Source: Marinilabiliaceae bacterium (GTDB lineage: Bacteria > Bacteroidota > Bacteroidia > Bacteroidales > Marinilabiliaceae). From it: a stretch of 64,000 nt of DNA. Below are positions 7,952-16,340 of the stretch, piece by piece (the first letter of the stretch is position 1; each line of letters opens with the position of its first letter). The notes under the pieces are model-generated. The model saw nothing but the letters and a program-made list of their open reading frames with translations, was not told the origin of the DNA and did not search any database. Where the stretch lies: contig JBNKRV010000211.1 of NCBI GenBank assembly GCA_050296935.1, forward strand, positions 2,812 through 66,811, given 5' to 3'. Both the position numbers and the translations under genes were made by a program.

Positions 7952-8512
7952 TTAGCGGTTTGTTGTTAATTTATTTCTAGTCATTATTACATTATCAATA
8001 TACTCTCCGAATTTTGTTTTTATAAATCCCTTCTGCCTACCAGTTTCTTCAAATCCCATGTTTGAATATATCTGTAATCCTTTTTTATTGTTGCTGAAAG
8101 CTTGTAGCCAAAGAATTTCAATATCTGGATTTTGGTCAACCCAATCAATAATAACTTTAAACATTGCTGTCCCGATTCCTTGTCCTTGCCATTCCTCATG
8201 AATTCCCATCCCTATGTAGCCAGTATGTTTCAGCATTTGTCGACCATTAATCATTAAGTCAATATTTCCGACAATAGTACCTTCATGTTCTGCAATTAAT
8301 AACAAATCATTTTTTCCATCTATAAATTTTCTAATCCATTCTTCGTGATTTTTAGCAAGTTCATTAAACTCTGCTTCAGTTAAAGGAATCAGTTTGCTTT
8401 TCAGATATGATTTAACACATTTTTGCAATTCTACCGAATCAGAAATCTTACCTTCTCTTATTAAAATCCGGTTTCCCTGTTTATCAATTATTTCTTGTGG
8501 TTCTATTTTCAT
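7952..8512 (-). CDS. GNAT family N-acetyltransferase
   Basis: 186 aa. The QGQGIGTAMF acetyl-CoA binding loop and overall layout are typical of GNAT proteins. Confidence 0.85.
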   Translation of the reverse strand: MKIEPQEIIDKQGNRILIREGKISDSVELQKCVKSYLKSKLIPLTEAEFNELAKNHEEWIRKFIDGKNDLLLIAEHEGTIVGNIDLMINGRQMLKHTGYIGMGIHEEWQGQGIGTAMFKVIIDWVDQNPDIEILWLQAFSNNKKGLQIYSNMGFEETGRQKGFIKTKFGEYIDNVIMTRNKLTTNR

Positions 8513-8522
8513 TTCAATTCTA

Positions 8523-8942
8523 TTAACTAGGAGTTGATACAGATTCCATAAATATCACGTGGTACTTGATTAATTCAAATCCAGACTTTTTATATAATCC
8601 ATGAGCATCATCAGTTGCTAATTCCCAGCGTTGAAGGTTTTGTAGTTCAGCATGATTCATTATTGATTTCATAAGTTTTACTCCCAAACCTTGTTTTCTG
8701 TACTCTTTCAAGATAAAAACATCTAAAATTCATGCAAAGACTGCGGAATCAGATACAACGCGGGCAAATCCAATTTGCTGTGAATCCATATAAACGCCAA
8801 AACAAAGTGAATTGTCAACAGATTTTCGAATCGTCTCAAGACTTCGACCTTTTGCCCAATAGGAGTCATTATTTAAGAAATCAAGAATCAACTTGACATC
8901 AGGCTTTTCTTTATCAGTCGATATATAAATTTCGTTATTCAT
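8523..8942 (-). pseudogene. GNAT family N-acetyltransferase interrupted by one in-frame TGA
   Basis: ORFs 8730..8942 and 8523..8711 are in the same frame. Reading through the TGA at 8730-8732 gives ...SDSAVFA-x-ILDVFILKEYRKQGLG..., a continuous GNAT core with Trp (TGG) expected at x. Confidence 0.7.
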
Positions 8943-8983
8943 TAATTTATGTTTGCAATGTCGTATTTTTCAATAACCGCTAA

Positions 8984-9105
8984 CCTGACGTTCTTGAAAA
9001 AGTTTAAAAATACAAATTATCTTCAGTAAATCTGGATTGTGGGTATTTTTTTATCCGTAGGGTGTAAGCCTCAAGTGGGTAGTCTGGCTGCTGCAGGATT
9101 GAACC
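8984..9105. repeat. array repeat module X, copy 3
   Basis: See 4357..4494. About 5 differences from copy 2. Confidence 0.85.
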
Positions 9106-9178
9106 GTTAACAAGAGATACCTTCTGCCCCGGCAAAATCGTAGTGGTTGACGGTGACGATAGTAGTGAAGTTTTTTTT
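9104..9178. repeat. array repeat module Z, copy 2
   Basis: Same outer stem as 4493..4568. The inner hairpin is kept with a changed loop (CCCG instead of CTCA), and a T8 run follows. Confidence 0.75.
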
Positions 9179-9306
9179 AACGATGATATGCAAGGTGAAC
9201 TTCAGGTATGATGAGTGAGAAGTACACCTTTAGTCTTTTAGCCTATCGGATGCCTACTCCGGTTATGTGTGGTTGTGCATTACTAAACTATTACAATCTC
9301 ATGCGA

Positions 9307-9807
9307 TCAATTTTCCTTAAAATCAGTGATGAATATTTGCGTACTCAATCCTCCATAATAACCATCAGGATAATAACCTGTGCAAATAATCTTTGTAGGA
9401 TAATAATAACTCTCATGGTATTCGACCTCTATTTTAGCTCCAGTCATATGGCTGTCAGAAGAATTAATTTGCTCATTACAACTCTCTACGGTACTATTTA
9501 TATAATTAAATACGTCGTCTATTGTTTCATAGTGTACAAGATCTTTAACCGAATCGTCTGAGTCATTGGACTGGATATAAATTGTATCTAACTCGCCATT
9601 TTTAACGATGGTTATTAATCCAGGTTGTCCGCCATTGTAACTTGCCGATTGCTCTTGAGTAAAAGAATAATCTAACATTCCTCTATTCTCCCATAATTCA
9701 CGATTAGTATGATATGAATCTTGATTAAAAAGCAGTCCAATAGAATCATCCGTATCACTGCATGAAACAATAACGAATGACAGTAATAATAAAAAGATAT
9801 ATTTCAT
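9307..9807 (-). CDS. hypothetical lipoprotein
   Basis: The ATG at 9807 gives MKYIFLLLLSFVIVSC, a lipoprotein signal peptide. The ORF track extends to 9885 without coding-like sequence. Confidence 0.6.
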   Translation of the reverse strand: MKYIFLLLLSFVIVSCSDTDDSIGLLFNQDSYHTNRELWENRGMLDYSFTQEQSASYNGGQPGLITIVKNGELDTIYIQSNDSDDSVKDLVHYETIDDVFNYINSTVESCNEQINSSDSHMTGAKIEVEYHESYYYPTKIICTGYYPDGYYGGLSTQIFITDFKEN

Positions 9808-10077
9808 AGTATAGTATTTAAAGTTTGCTGTTAGATGTATTTTTATTTTAATTGGTTGCGCAAATCTGTTTTTGAGATGAATCATTTTGAAATAAGTAAT
9901 CAGGAGAATCTAACTGTTACAATAAATACTCTATTTGATTCTTTCTACCCAATGAGCATTGTTGTTTATCAGTAAAGTAAGCGGTACGGGGAAAATACAC
10001 TTTAATTCAGGCAGTAGTTGTGTGCAATGATGTATTGTTTCAAAATGCTGGAATGATAGAAAGTCCTGAAGGTTTTG

Positions 10078-10470
10078 TTAGATATGAGCACCATCCACGT
10101 AAACCCATTTCCCATCTTCTTTTTCAAAAAATGATTTCTCGTGAATATGGTTTAATTTTCCATCCTCAATAAAAATGGCTTTGAATTCCACATATCCTGT
10201 TTGATCATTTTCCATTCCTTTTTCTGTGGACGAAATAGAAAGATTGACCCATGTAACGGATTGACTCCATTCTTTTATTTCTCTTTTTTCATTAACAGGT
10301 CTGGTGCTGGAATGATGACTTTTCATCAGGTAATCAATATTGGCTAAAGTAAATGCAGTATATCGTGATCGCATTAATTCTTCTGCAGTAGCAGCATCTT
10401 TTTTATTCTCAATGATTGGTTCGCAACATTGAGAAAAATCTTTATTTGATCCGCAAGGGCATTTTTTCAT
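10078..10470 (-). CDS. ychJ: YchJ family protein (SEC-C motif, UPF0225)
   Basis: CPCGS...FSQCC N-terminal SEC-C metal-binding motif, RSRYTAF, and a length of 130 aa. Confidence 0.8.
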   Translation of the reverse strand: MKKCPCGSNKDFSQCCEPIIENKKDAATAEELMRSRYTAFTLANIDYLMKSHHSSTRPVNEKREIKEWSQSVTWVNLSISSTEKGMENDQTGYVEFKAIFIEDGKLNHIHEKSFFEKEDGKWVYVDGAHI

Positions 10471-10598
10471 GATGGTAATTTTTAGAGTGCAGGTTGCAAA
10501 ATTATACTCTTCTCACAATAAATTATGGACTAAGGAAGAAAATATTTGAAGATTATTAAATTTCACTGGAAGTGAAATTTGCTAGCCTTGGTTTTTAA

Positions 10599-10750
10599 CT
10601 AGTGTTCGCCTATAAAGTCCAGCTACTTCGTTGTTGCTCATAATACAAATCCTCATATACCCTGGTATACTGCGGTTTGTGTTTTTCACACGCCTTGTGT
10701 TTTAACTTTATAGCCCCAACGTCCCACTTTATAGACAGTCACTAATAGTC
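10599..10750 (+). repeat. MITE-like hairpin repeat family 1, copy B (full length)
   Basis: Co-linear with copy A (1647..1806) in the same orientation. Confidence 0.8.
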
Positions 10751-10901
10751 AACATTGATATTCGGTTTTAAGGTAATTGTTGATTTTATAGTATACAGAA
10801 TTAGCTTCCATTGATCAACTTATGTTTCTTATGAACTATATACCTAACTGGTTTTATTTTTTAACTTTGCAACAGTTAAAATCTGGAATATAAATTATCT
10901 C

Positions 10902-11780
10902 ATGGATACTGCCAAAGACAAAAAGAATTTCTTACAAAGAATACGTAACAAATATCGTTTAGCCATATTTAATGAACAAACCTACGAAGAAGTATGGCAA
11001 ATGCGGTTATCACGATTAAATGTATTTACTGTGGTGGGTACATCAGCTATTGTACTGATTGTTCTTGTGATTTTGCTCATTGCCTATACCGGACTTAAAG
11101 AATATATACCGGGGTATCCAGATGGTAATCAGCGTATCCTGATGGTTCGGAATGTAAATCGCGTTGATTCCTTAATACAGGAAATAAATAAGCGCGACGA
11201 GTTTTTTAAATCCATTAAAGCCGTTGTTCAGGGCGAAGTTCCTGCTTATGAAGATGTGGAAGAGGATAATAATCAGAATCAGAAAAATATCGAACCTGTA
11301 TCTTTTGAGAAGAGTAAAGATGATATAGAGTTTAGAGAACAAGTAGAGCAGGAGGAAAAATATAATCTTTCTGTTTTTAACGATAATTCAAATATCCCCG
11401 AATTAAACCAGGTTTATTTTTTTACGCCATTAAAAGGTATTGTGGTAAAGCGGTTTATTGAAAGTGAAAATCATTTTGGCGTTGATATCGTATCAAAGCC
11501 GGGCGAAACAGTTTCTTCAATTCTTAGCGGAACTGTTATTTTTTCGGGCTGGACTGTAGAAACAGGTTATGTGATAATGATTCAGCATGATAATGATTTA
11601 GTTTCTTGTTATAAGCATAATTCTAAGTTACTTAAAAAATCAGGGAGTAAAATTAAAGCAGGAGAAGCTATAGCTAATGTTGGAAATTCAGGTGAATTAA
11701 CAACCGGACCGCATCTACATTTTGAATTATGGTATAAGGGTGAAGCAATGAATCCCGAAGAGTATATTTTATTTGAATAA
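10902..11780 (+). CDS. M23 family metallopeptidase
   Basis: N-terminal TM anchor. C-terminal HFGVD ... GNSGELTTGPHLHFEL motifs of LytM/M23 peptidases. Confidence 0.85.
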   Translation: MDTAKDKKNFLQRIRNKYRLAIFNEQTYEEVWQMRLSRLNVFTVVGTSAIVLIVLVILLIAYTGLKEYIPGYPDGNQRILMVRNVNRVDSLIQEINKRDEFFKSIKAVVQGEVPAYEDVEEDNNQNQKNIEPVSFEKSKDDIEFREQVEQEEKYNLSVFNDNSNIPELNQVYFFTPLKGIVVKRFIESENHFGVDIVSKPGETVSSILSGTVIFSGWTVETGYVIMIQHDNDLVSCYKHNSKLLKKSGSKIKAGEAIANVGNSGELTTGPHLHFELWYKGEAMNPEEYILFE

Positions 11781-11800
11781 AAACAGATATCCACAACAAT

Positions 11801-12955
11801 ATGAAGAAACGGGTAGCAGTGCTGGGCTCAACAGGCTCAATAGGAACACAAACCCTTGATGTAATATCAAAAAATCCAGATAAATTTGAAGTAGAAGTAT
11901 TGACGGCAAATAATCGTTTAGGAAGATTAGTTGAACAATGTCGTACTTTCGTTCCAAATGTGGTTGTAATAGCTAATAAAGAAAAGTACCCTCAGCTAAA
12001 GGAGGCGCTGAAAGATTTACCTATTAAAGTATATGCAGGTAGCGAAGCCATTGCACAGGTGGTGGAGATGTCAACAGTAGATGTTGTATTGACGGCGATG
12101 GTTGGGTTTTCAGGATTATTGCCCACATTAAACGCCATTAAAGCTAAAAAACCTATAGCATTAGCGAACAAAGAAACTCTTGTAGTAGCCGGTGATATTA
12201 TCACGGAGATGGCAGCCGTTAATAAGGTGCCCATATTACCCGTTGACTCTGAACATTCTGCTATATTTCAATGTTTAGTTGGGGAGTTTCACAATCCTAT
12301 AGAAAAGATATACTTAACGGCCTCAGGTGGTCCATTCAGAGGGGAAAACAAGGAATTCCTGAAAAATGTTAAACCGGAACAGGCTCTGAATCATCCAAAC
12401 TGGGAGATGGGGAATAAAATTACAATTGATTCAGCCAGTATGATGAATAAGGGTTTGGAGGTGATTGAAGCGAAGTGGTTATTTGGATTGAAACCAGAGC
12501 AAATTGATGTAATTGTACACCCACAGAGTATTGTGCATAGTATTGTTCAGTTTACTGATGGCTCCATGAAAGCTCAAATGGGTTTGCCTGATATGAGATT
12601 GCCGATTCAATATGCCTTAACATATCCGGAAAGAATTCAAAGTGATTTTCAAAGGTTTAACTTTATGCAGTATCCAAATCTATCTTTTGAACAACCGGAT
12701 CTGGATTCATTTAAGAATCTGGCACTGGCATTTGAGGCTCTGAAAAAAGGGGGGAATGCTCCTTGTATCATAAATGCTGCTAATGAAGTTGTTGTGGAGG
12801 CTTTTCTGGAACAGAAAGTAGGATTTTTACAAATGTCTGATATTATTGAAAATACCTTGAGCAAAGCAACGTTTATAAATAAACCATCTTTTGATGATTA
12901 TTTTGATTCGGATAAAGAAGCCAGACAAATAGCAAAAACAATGATTGCTCATTAG
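11801..12955 (+). CDS. dxr: 1-deoxy-D-xylulose-5-phosphate reductoisomerase
   Basis: VAVLGSTGSIGTQTLDV NADPH-binding N-terminus, LANKE, and the SEHSA and NKGLE motifs. Confidence 0.95.
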   Translation: MKKRVAVLGSTGSIGTQTLDVISKNPDKFEVEVLTANNRLGRLVEQCRTFVPNVVVIANKEKYPQLKEALKDLPIKVYAGSEAIAQVVEMSTVDVVLTAMVGFSGLLPTLNAIKAKKPIALANKETLVVAGDIITEMAAVNKVPILPVDSEHSAIFQCLVGEFHNPIEKIYLTASGGPFRGENKEFLKNVKPEQALNHPNWEMGNKITIDSASMMNKGLEVIEAKWLFGLKPEQIDVIVHPQSIVHSIVQFTDGSMKAQMGLPDMRLPIQYALTYPERIQSDFQRFNFMQYPNLSFEQPDLDSFKNLALAFEALKKGGNAPCIINAANEVVVEAFLEQKVGFLQMSDIIENTLSKATFINKPSFDDYFDSDKEARQIAKTMIAH

Positions 12956-13003
12956 AATAAAAAAAGAATATATTTGTAGCTTAATTTTTTTGAAATAGAA
13001 TAA

Positions 13004-14317
13004 ATGGAATTTTTAATAAAAGCAGGACAGTTAATTTTAAGTCTTTCAATATTAGTGATATTACATGAGTTTGGACATTTCTTTTTTGCCAAACTATTTA
13101 AAACAAGGGTAGAGAAATTCTATCTCTTTTTTGACCCTTGGTTTTCATTATTGAAATTTAAAAAAGGGGATACTGAATATGGAGTAGGTTGGTTGCCCTT
13201 GGGGGGATATGTGAAAATATCCGGAATGATTGATGAATCAATGGATAAGGAGGCTATGAAAGAAGAGCCAAAACCATTCGAATTCAGATCTAAGAAAGCA
13301 TACCAGCGATTACTGATTATGATTGGTGGTGTTTTGGTGAATTTTCTGTTGGCCTTTTTCTTGTTTTGGATGATTCTGTTCAAATGGGGTGAGGGATATA
13401 TAGATGTTAAAGATGCTAAATTCGGGTTGGCTTATCATCCGCTGGCGCATGAAATTGGATTGCAAGATGGTGATGTTGTTACCAGCGTGGATACTTTTAA
13501 GGTAACTAATGCTTCAGATATTGCTTCTCATATATTGTTAGAGAGTGCAACAGAGCTTACTGTTAAAAGAGGAGATTCAACTTTTGTACTTCCTATTCCT
13601 GAGAATTTTAAAGATTCATTCCTGCAAAAAGAGGTGAAAAGTTTTGCCGTTGTTCGTATGCCTTTTGTTGTAGATTCGGTTTTACCGAAAAGCAATGCAG
13701 ATAAAGCAGGTTTACTGTCGGGGGATAGTTTGGTTTCGATTGAAGGTAAGCCAGCGCCTTATTACAGGGTTGCAACCGAACTTTTAAGCGAAAATGCTGA
13801 TAAAAGTATTACTTTAACTGTGTTTAGAAATGGAACTCTGGAAAATGTTCAATGTGATGTTTCTAAAAAAGGTAAAATAGGAGTTTATCCCAAAGCCGAT
13901 TATTTTAACGTAACAAAGGTAACCTATGGCTTTTGGGAGGCATTACCTGCAGGTATCTCAAAAGGTGTAAATACCTTGGTTGGGTATATAAAACAATTTA
14001 AACTGGTATTTTCAAAAGAAGGAGTGAAACAATTGGGTGGTTTTGGAGCTATTGGAAATTTATTTCCTCCACATTGGGATTGGGCTTCATTCTGGTCGTT
14101 AACGGCATTCTTATCTATTGTATTAGCATTTATGAATATTCTACCTATACCGGCACTGGATGGAGGCCATGTTCTGTTTTTGCTTTATGAAATTGTCTCA
14201 GGAAGAAAACCAAGTGAAAAGTTCCTTGAGTATGCTCAGATTGTTGGTATGGTATTGCTATTTAGCTTGTTAATTTTCGCCAACGGTAATGATTTATATA
14301 GGTTGTTATTTAAATAA
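13004..14317 (+). CDS. rseP: RIP metalloprotease RseP (site-2 protease)
   Basis: HEFGHF zinc motif in TM1, central PDZ regions, and the C-terminal NILPIPALDGG motif. Confidence 0.9.
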   Translation: MEFLIKAGQLILSLSILVILHEFGHFFFAKLFKTRVEKFYLFFDPWFSLLKFKKGDTEYGVGWLPLGGYVKISGMIDESMDKEAMKEEPKPFEFRSKKAYQRLLIMIGGVLVNFLLAFFLFWMILFKWGEGYIDVKDAKFGLAYHPLAHEIGLQDGDVVTSVDTFKVTNASDIASHILLESATELTVKRGDSTFVLPIPENFKDSFLQKEVKSFAVVRMPFVVDSVLPKSNADKAGLLSGDSLVSIEGKPAPYYRVATELLSENADKSITLTVFRNGTLENVQCDVSKKGKIGVYPKADYFNVTKVTYGFWEALPAGISKGVNTLVGYIKQFKLVFSKEGVKQLGGFGAIGNLFPPHWDWASFWSLTAFLSIVLAFMNILPIPALDGGHVLFLLYEIVSGRKPSEKFLEYAQIVGMVLLFSLLIFANGNDLYRLLFK

Positions 14318-14361
14318 ATGGGTAATTATTAGTAAATTTGTAAGAAATTAACGGATATTTT

Positions 14362-14559
14362 ATGATGATTAATTCAATTTACTTTTGTGGTTTTCTGGGA
14401 GGTTATGAATGGATATTGATAATTTTAGCCATTATCTTACTTTTTGGAGGGAAAAAAATTCCTGAATTAATGAAGGGCTTAGGTCAGGGCATGAAAGAAT
14501 TTAAAAACGCACGAAATGAGTCCGCTGATGATTCAAAAAAAGATGATAAAAAGGAATAA
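14362..14559 (+). CDS. tatA: twin-arginine translocase TatA/TatE family subunit
   Basis: ILIILAIILLFGGKKIPELMKGLGQGMKEFKNA is the TatA TM plus amphipathic helix signature. The exact start is uncertain. Confidence 0.8.
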   Translation: MMINSIYFCGFLGGYEWILIILAIILLFGGKKIPELMKGLGQGMKEFKNARNESADDSKKDDKKE

Positions 14560-14577
14560 GTGTTATTCAATATAATT

Positions 14578-14609
14578 AAAAGGCTGTGCAATTTTGCACA
14601 GCCTTTTTT
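14578..14609 (+). terminator. intrinsic terminator after tatA
   Basis: AAAAGGCTGTGCAA / TTGCACAGCCTTTT hairpin followed by a T-run. Confidence 0.8.
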
Positions 14610-14880
14610 CGTTTATTTAAGTTGATTGTGCTTCGTTTTTTTGGTAACTTTTCATAAGGAAAAATCATTTTTGTGGCGATTATGGATAAACCAACCATCT
14701 GATTTAAATTGCTTTATCGAACTGAGGTTAATAGGTAGGTTATTGTTGATTTTATTTGATGATCCATCTGACCTGAAAAATAAAAATAGAATGCTCACAT
14801 GTACAGAGCAAATACTTGGGCATACACGAGCATGATTGAAATTAGCATGGGTTATTTAGGTTTTACTAAAATATAAGCAC

Positions 14881-15315
14881 ATGAAAAATATACTGGTAGC
14901 AATCGATTTTAGAGAAGGAACAGATAAAATATTGCAATTTGCAAAGGAATTTGCGCAGCAATACATGGCTAGTGTCTGGATTATACATGTTTCTGCACCA
15001 GAACCGGATTTTGTGGGTTACAGTGTAGGACCTCAGTATATCAAGGATTTAAGAGGGGTGGAGCTAAAGGAAGAACATAAGGTGTTAAAGAAATATGCTG
15101 AAGAATTAAATGACAAAGGCATAAAAACCGAAAGTATAATGCTTAATGGAGGAACTATTGAAATGTTAGTGGCAGAGGTTGAGAAATTACATGTTGATAT
15201 GGTAATTATTGGCCACCGGAAACACGGATTCTTCCACAAAGCGTTTTTCGGTCATACAGATATTGCGCTCGTTGGGCATGTTAATGTTCCAACATTTCTT
15301 GTGCCGGTTCCTTAA
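14881..15315 (+). CDS. universal stress protein (UspA family)
   Basis: 144 aa. ILVAIDF start and the C-terminal VIIGHRKHG...GHT motif are typical of the Usp fold. Confidence 0.85.
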   Translation: MKNILVAIDFREGTDKILQFAKEFAQQYMASVWIIHVSAPEPDFVGYSVGPQYIKDLRGVELKEEHKVLKKYAEELNDKGIKTESIMLNGGTIEMLVAEVEKLHVDMVIIGHRKHGFFHKAFFGHTDIALVGHVNVPTFLVPVP

Positions 15316-15343
15316 CGGAAAGTTTGATTTATTATAGATTACA

Positions 15344-16114
15344 TTAGTTGATATTGTTATTGATTGCTTTTGTTCCACTTACTTCTCCATTTTTGTAAAT
15401 GGTTATTGATATTAATTTGCCATCGTCGTTATAATTAAACTTTTCACCATCGATTAATTCACCATTAACAAAGTACCCTTTTGTTTCTACTTTGCCTGTC
15501 ATGCTAATAATGGTATGATTTCCTGTGCCATGAAATTTTTCTCTGTTGACCGTCCCAGACTTGGTGGATGATTTATCTTTTGCCGCAATAATTTGCTGTT
15601 GATCTCTGGTGGCATTCAGTTTACCTGAAGCGTAAACTTTTTCCTGAATGAGGACTCCGTCTTCACTATATACTTTTAAAACGCCTTCTGTTTTGCCGTT
15701 TATCCAAATTCCTGCATACTTATTTTCTCCATTTTTATGGAAATATTTTTGTTCTCCTTCTCTTTTGCCTTTTTCGTTATATTCCCAATCATACGAAAGC
15801 TGTCCGGATTCGTAGTAATATTTGTAATCACCTACCCAATGATCAACCTGCCAGTTCCCTGATTCCCTAATATTTCCATTCGGATAATAGAAGATTGCTT
15901 TACCTTTTGGCACACCGTTTTCATAGTTGATTTCTGATTTTTTCTCACCATTATTATAATAGATAATCCATATTCCTTGTTTTAAGCCATTTTTATCAGT
16001 TTGATTTATAGTGTCGTTCTGATTTATTTGCGTTAAAGCATTACAATTTGCTTCAGATCTGGTCCAGAAGCAAATAAAGATAAATAAGATTATAATTTTG
16101 AATGTGAAGGACAT
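15344..16114 (-). CDS. MORN-repeat (YwqK-like) secreted protein
   Basis: Signal peptide followed by repeated G.W..YY.NG....E..Y..G...G units. Confidence 0.7.
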   Translation of the reverse strand: MSFTFKIIILFIFICFWTRSEANCNALTQINQNDTINQTDKNGLKQGIWIIYYNNGEKKSEINYENGVPKGKAIFYYPNGNIRESGNWQVDHWVGDYKYYYESGQLSYDWEYNEKGKREGEQKYFHKNGENKYAGIWINGKTEGVLKVYSEDGVLIQEKVYASGKLNATRDQQQIIAAKDKSSTKSGTVNREKFHGTGNHTIISMTGKVETKGYFVNGELIDGEKFNYNDDGKLISITIYKNGEVSGTKAINNNIN

Positions 16115-16340
16115 GAATTTGTTATTTCAATTTTTTCAGGTTGTTTTCTAATTGTTTTATACCCAAAAAATTAAATAAAGTTCTAATTCGGGGTGAAAAA
16201 TATGGAAGGATATTTATTAACTTCAATTATCGAATTATTGTTGGATTTATATATTGATTAATTCTTGGGCTAACAATAAAAGGACTACTAATGTATATTG
16301 ACTTAAAAGTGTTACTTTGCAATAAAATAATTTCGATCTC

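Noticed and set aside
8730-8732. In-frame TGA as Trp recoding (alternative genetic code) or selenocysteine.
   Set aside because: TGA ends at least one other convincing gene here (lipoprotein stop at 9307-9309). The expected residue is Trp, not Cys/Sec, and no SECIS-like hairpin follows. A nonsense mutation is the simpler reading.
3600-9885. Calling the array a classical integron.
   Set aside because: No intI-like gene or attI lies in the window. The best R''/R'-like boxes (CGTCAAC, GTTAACG) deviate from RYYYAAC/GTTRRRY. The conserved modules are 2-4 times longer than attC sites. It is therefore reported only as integron-like.
14626-14835. 69-aa ORF between tatA and the usp gene.
   Set aside because: It has a non-ATG start, begins inside the tatA terminator tail, and has no recognisable features. 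It is treated as promoter and leader DNA of the usp gene.
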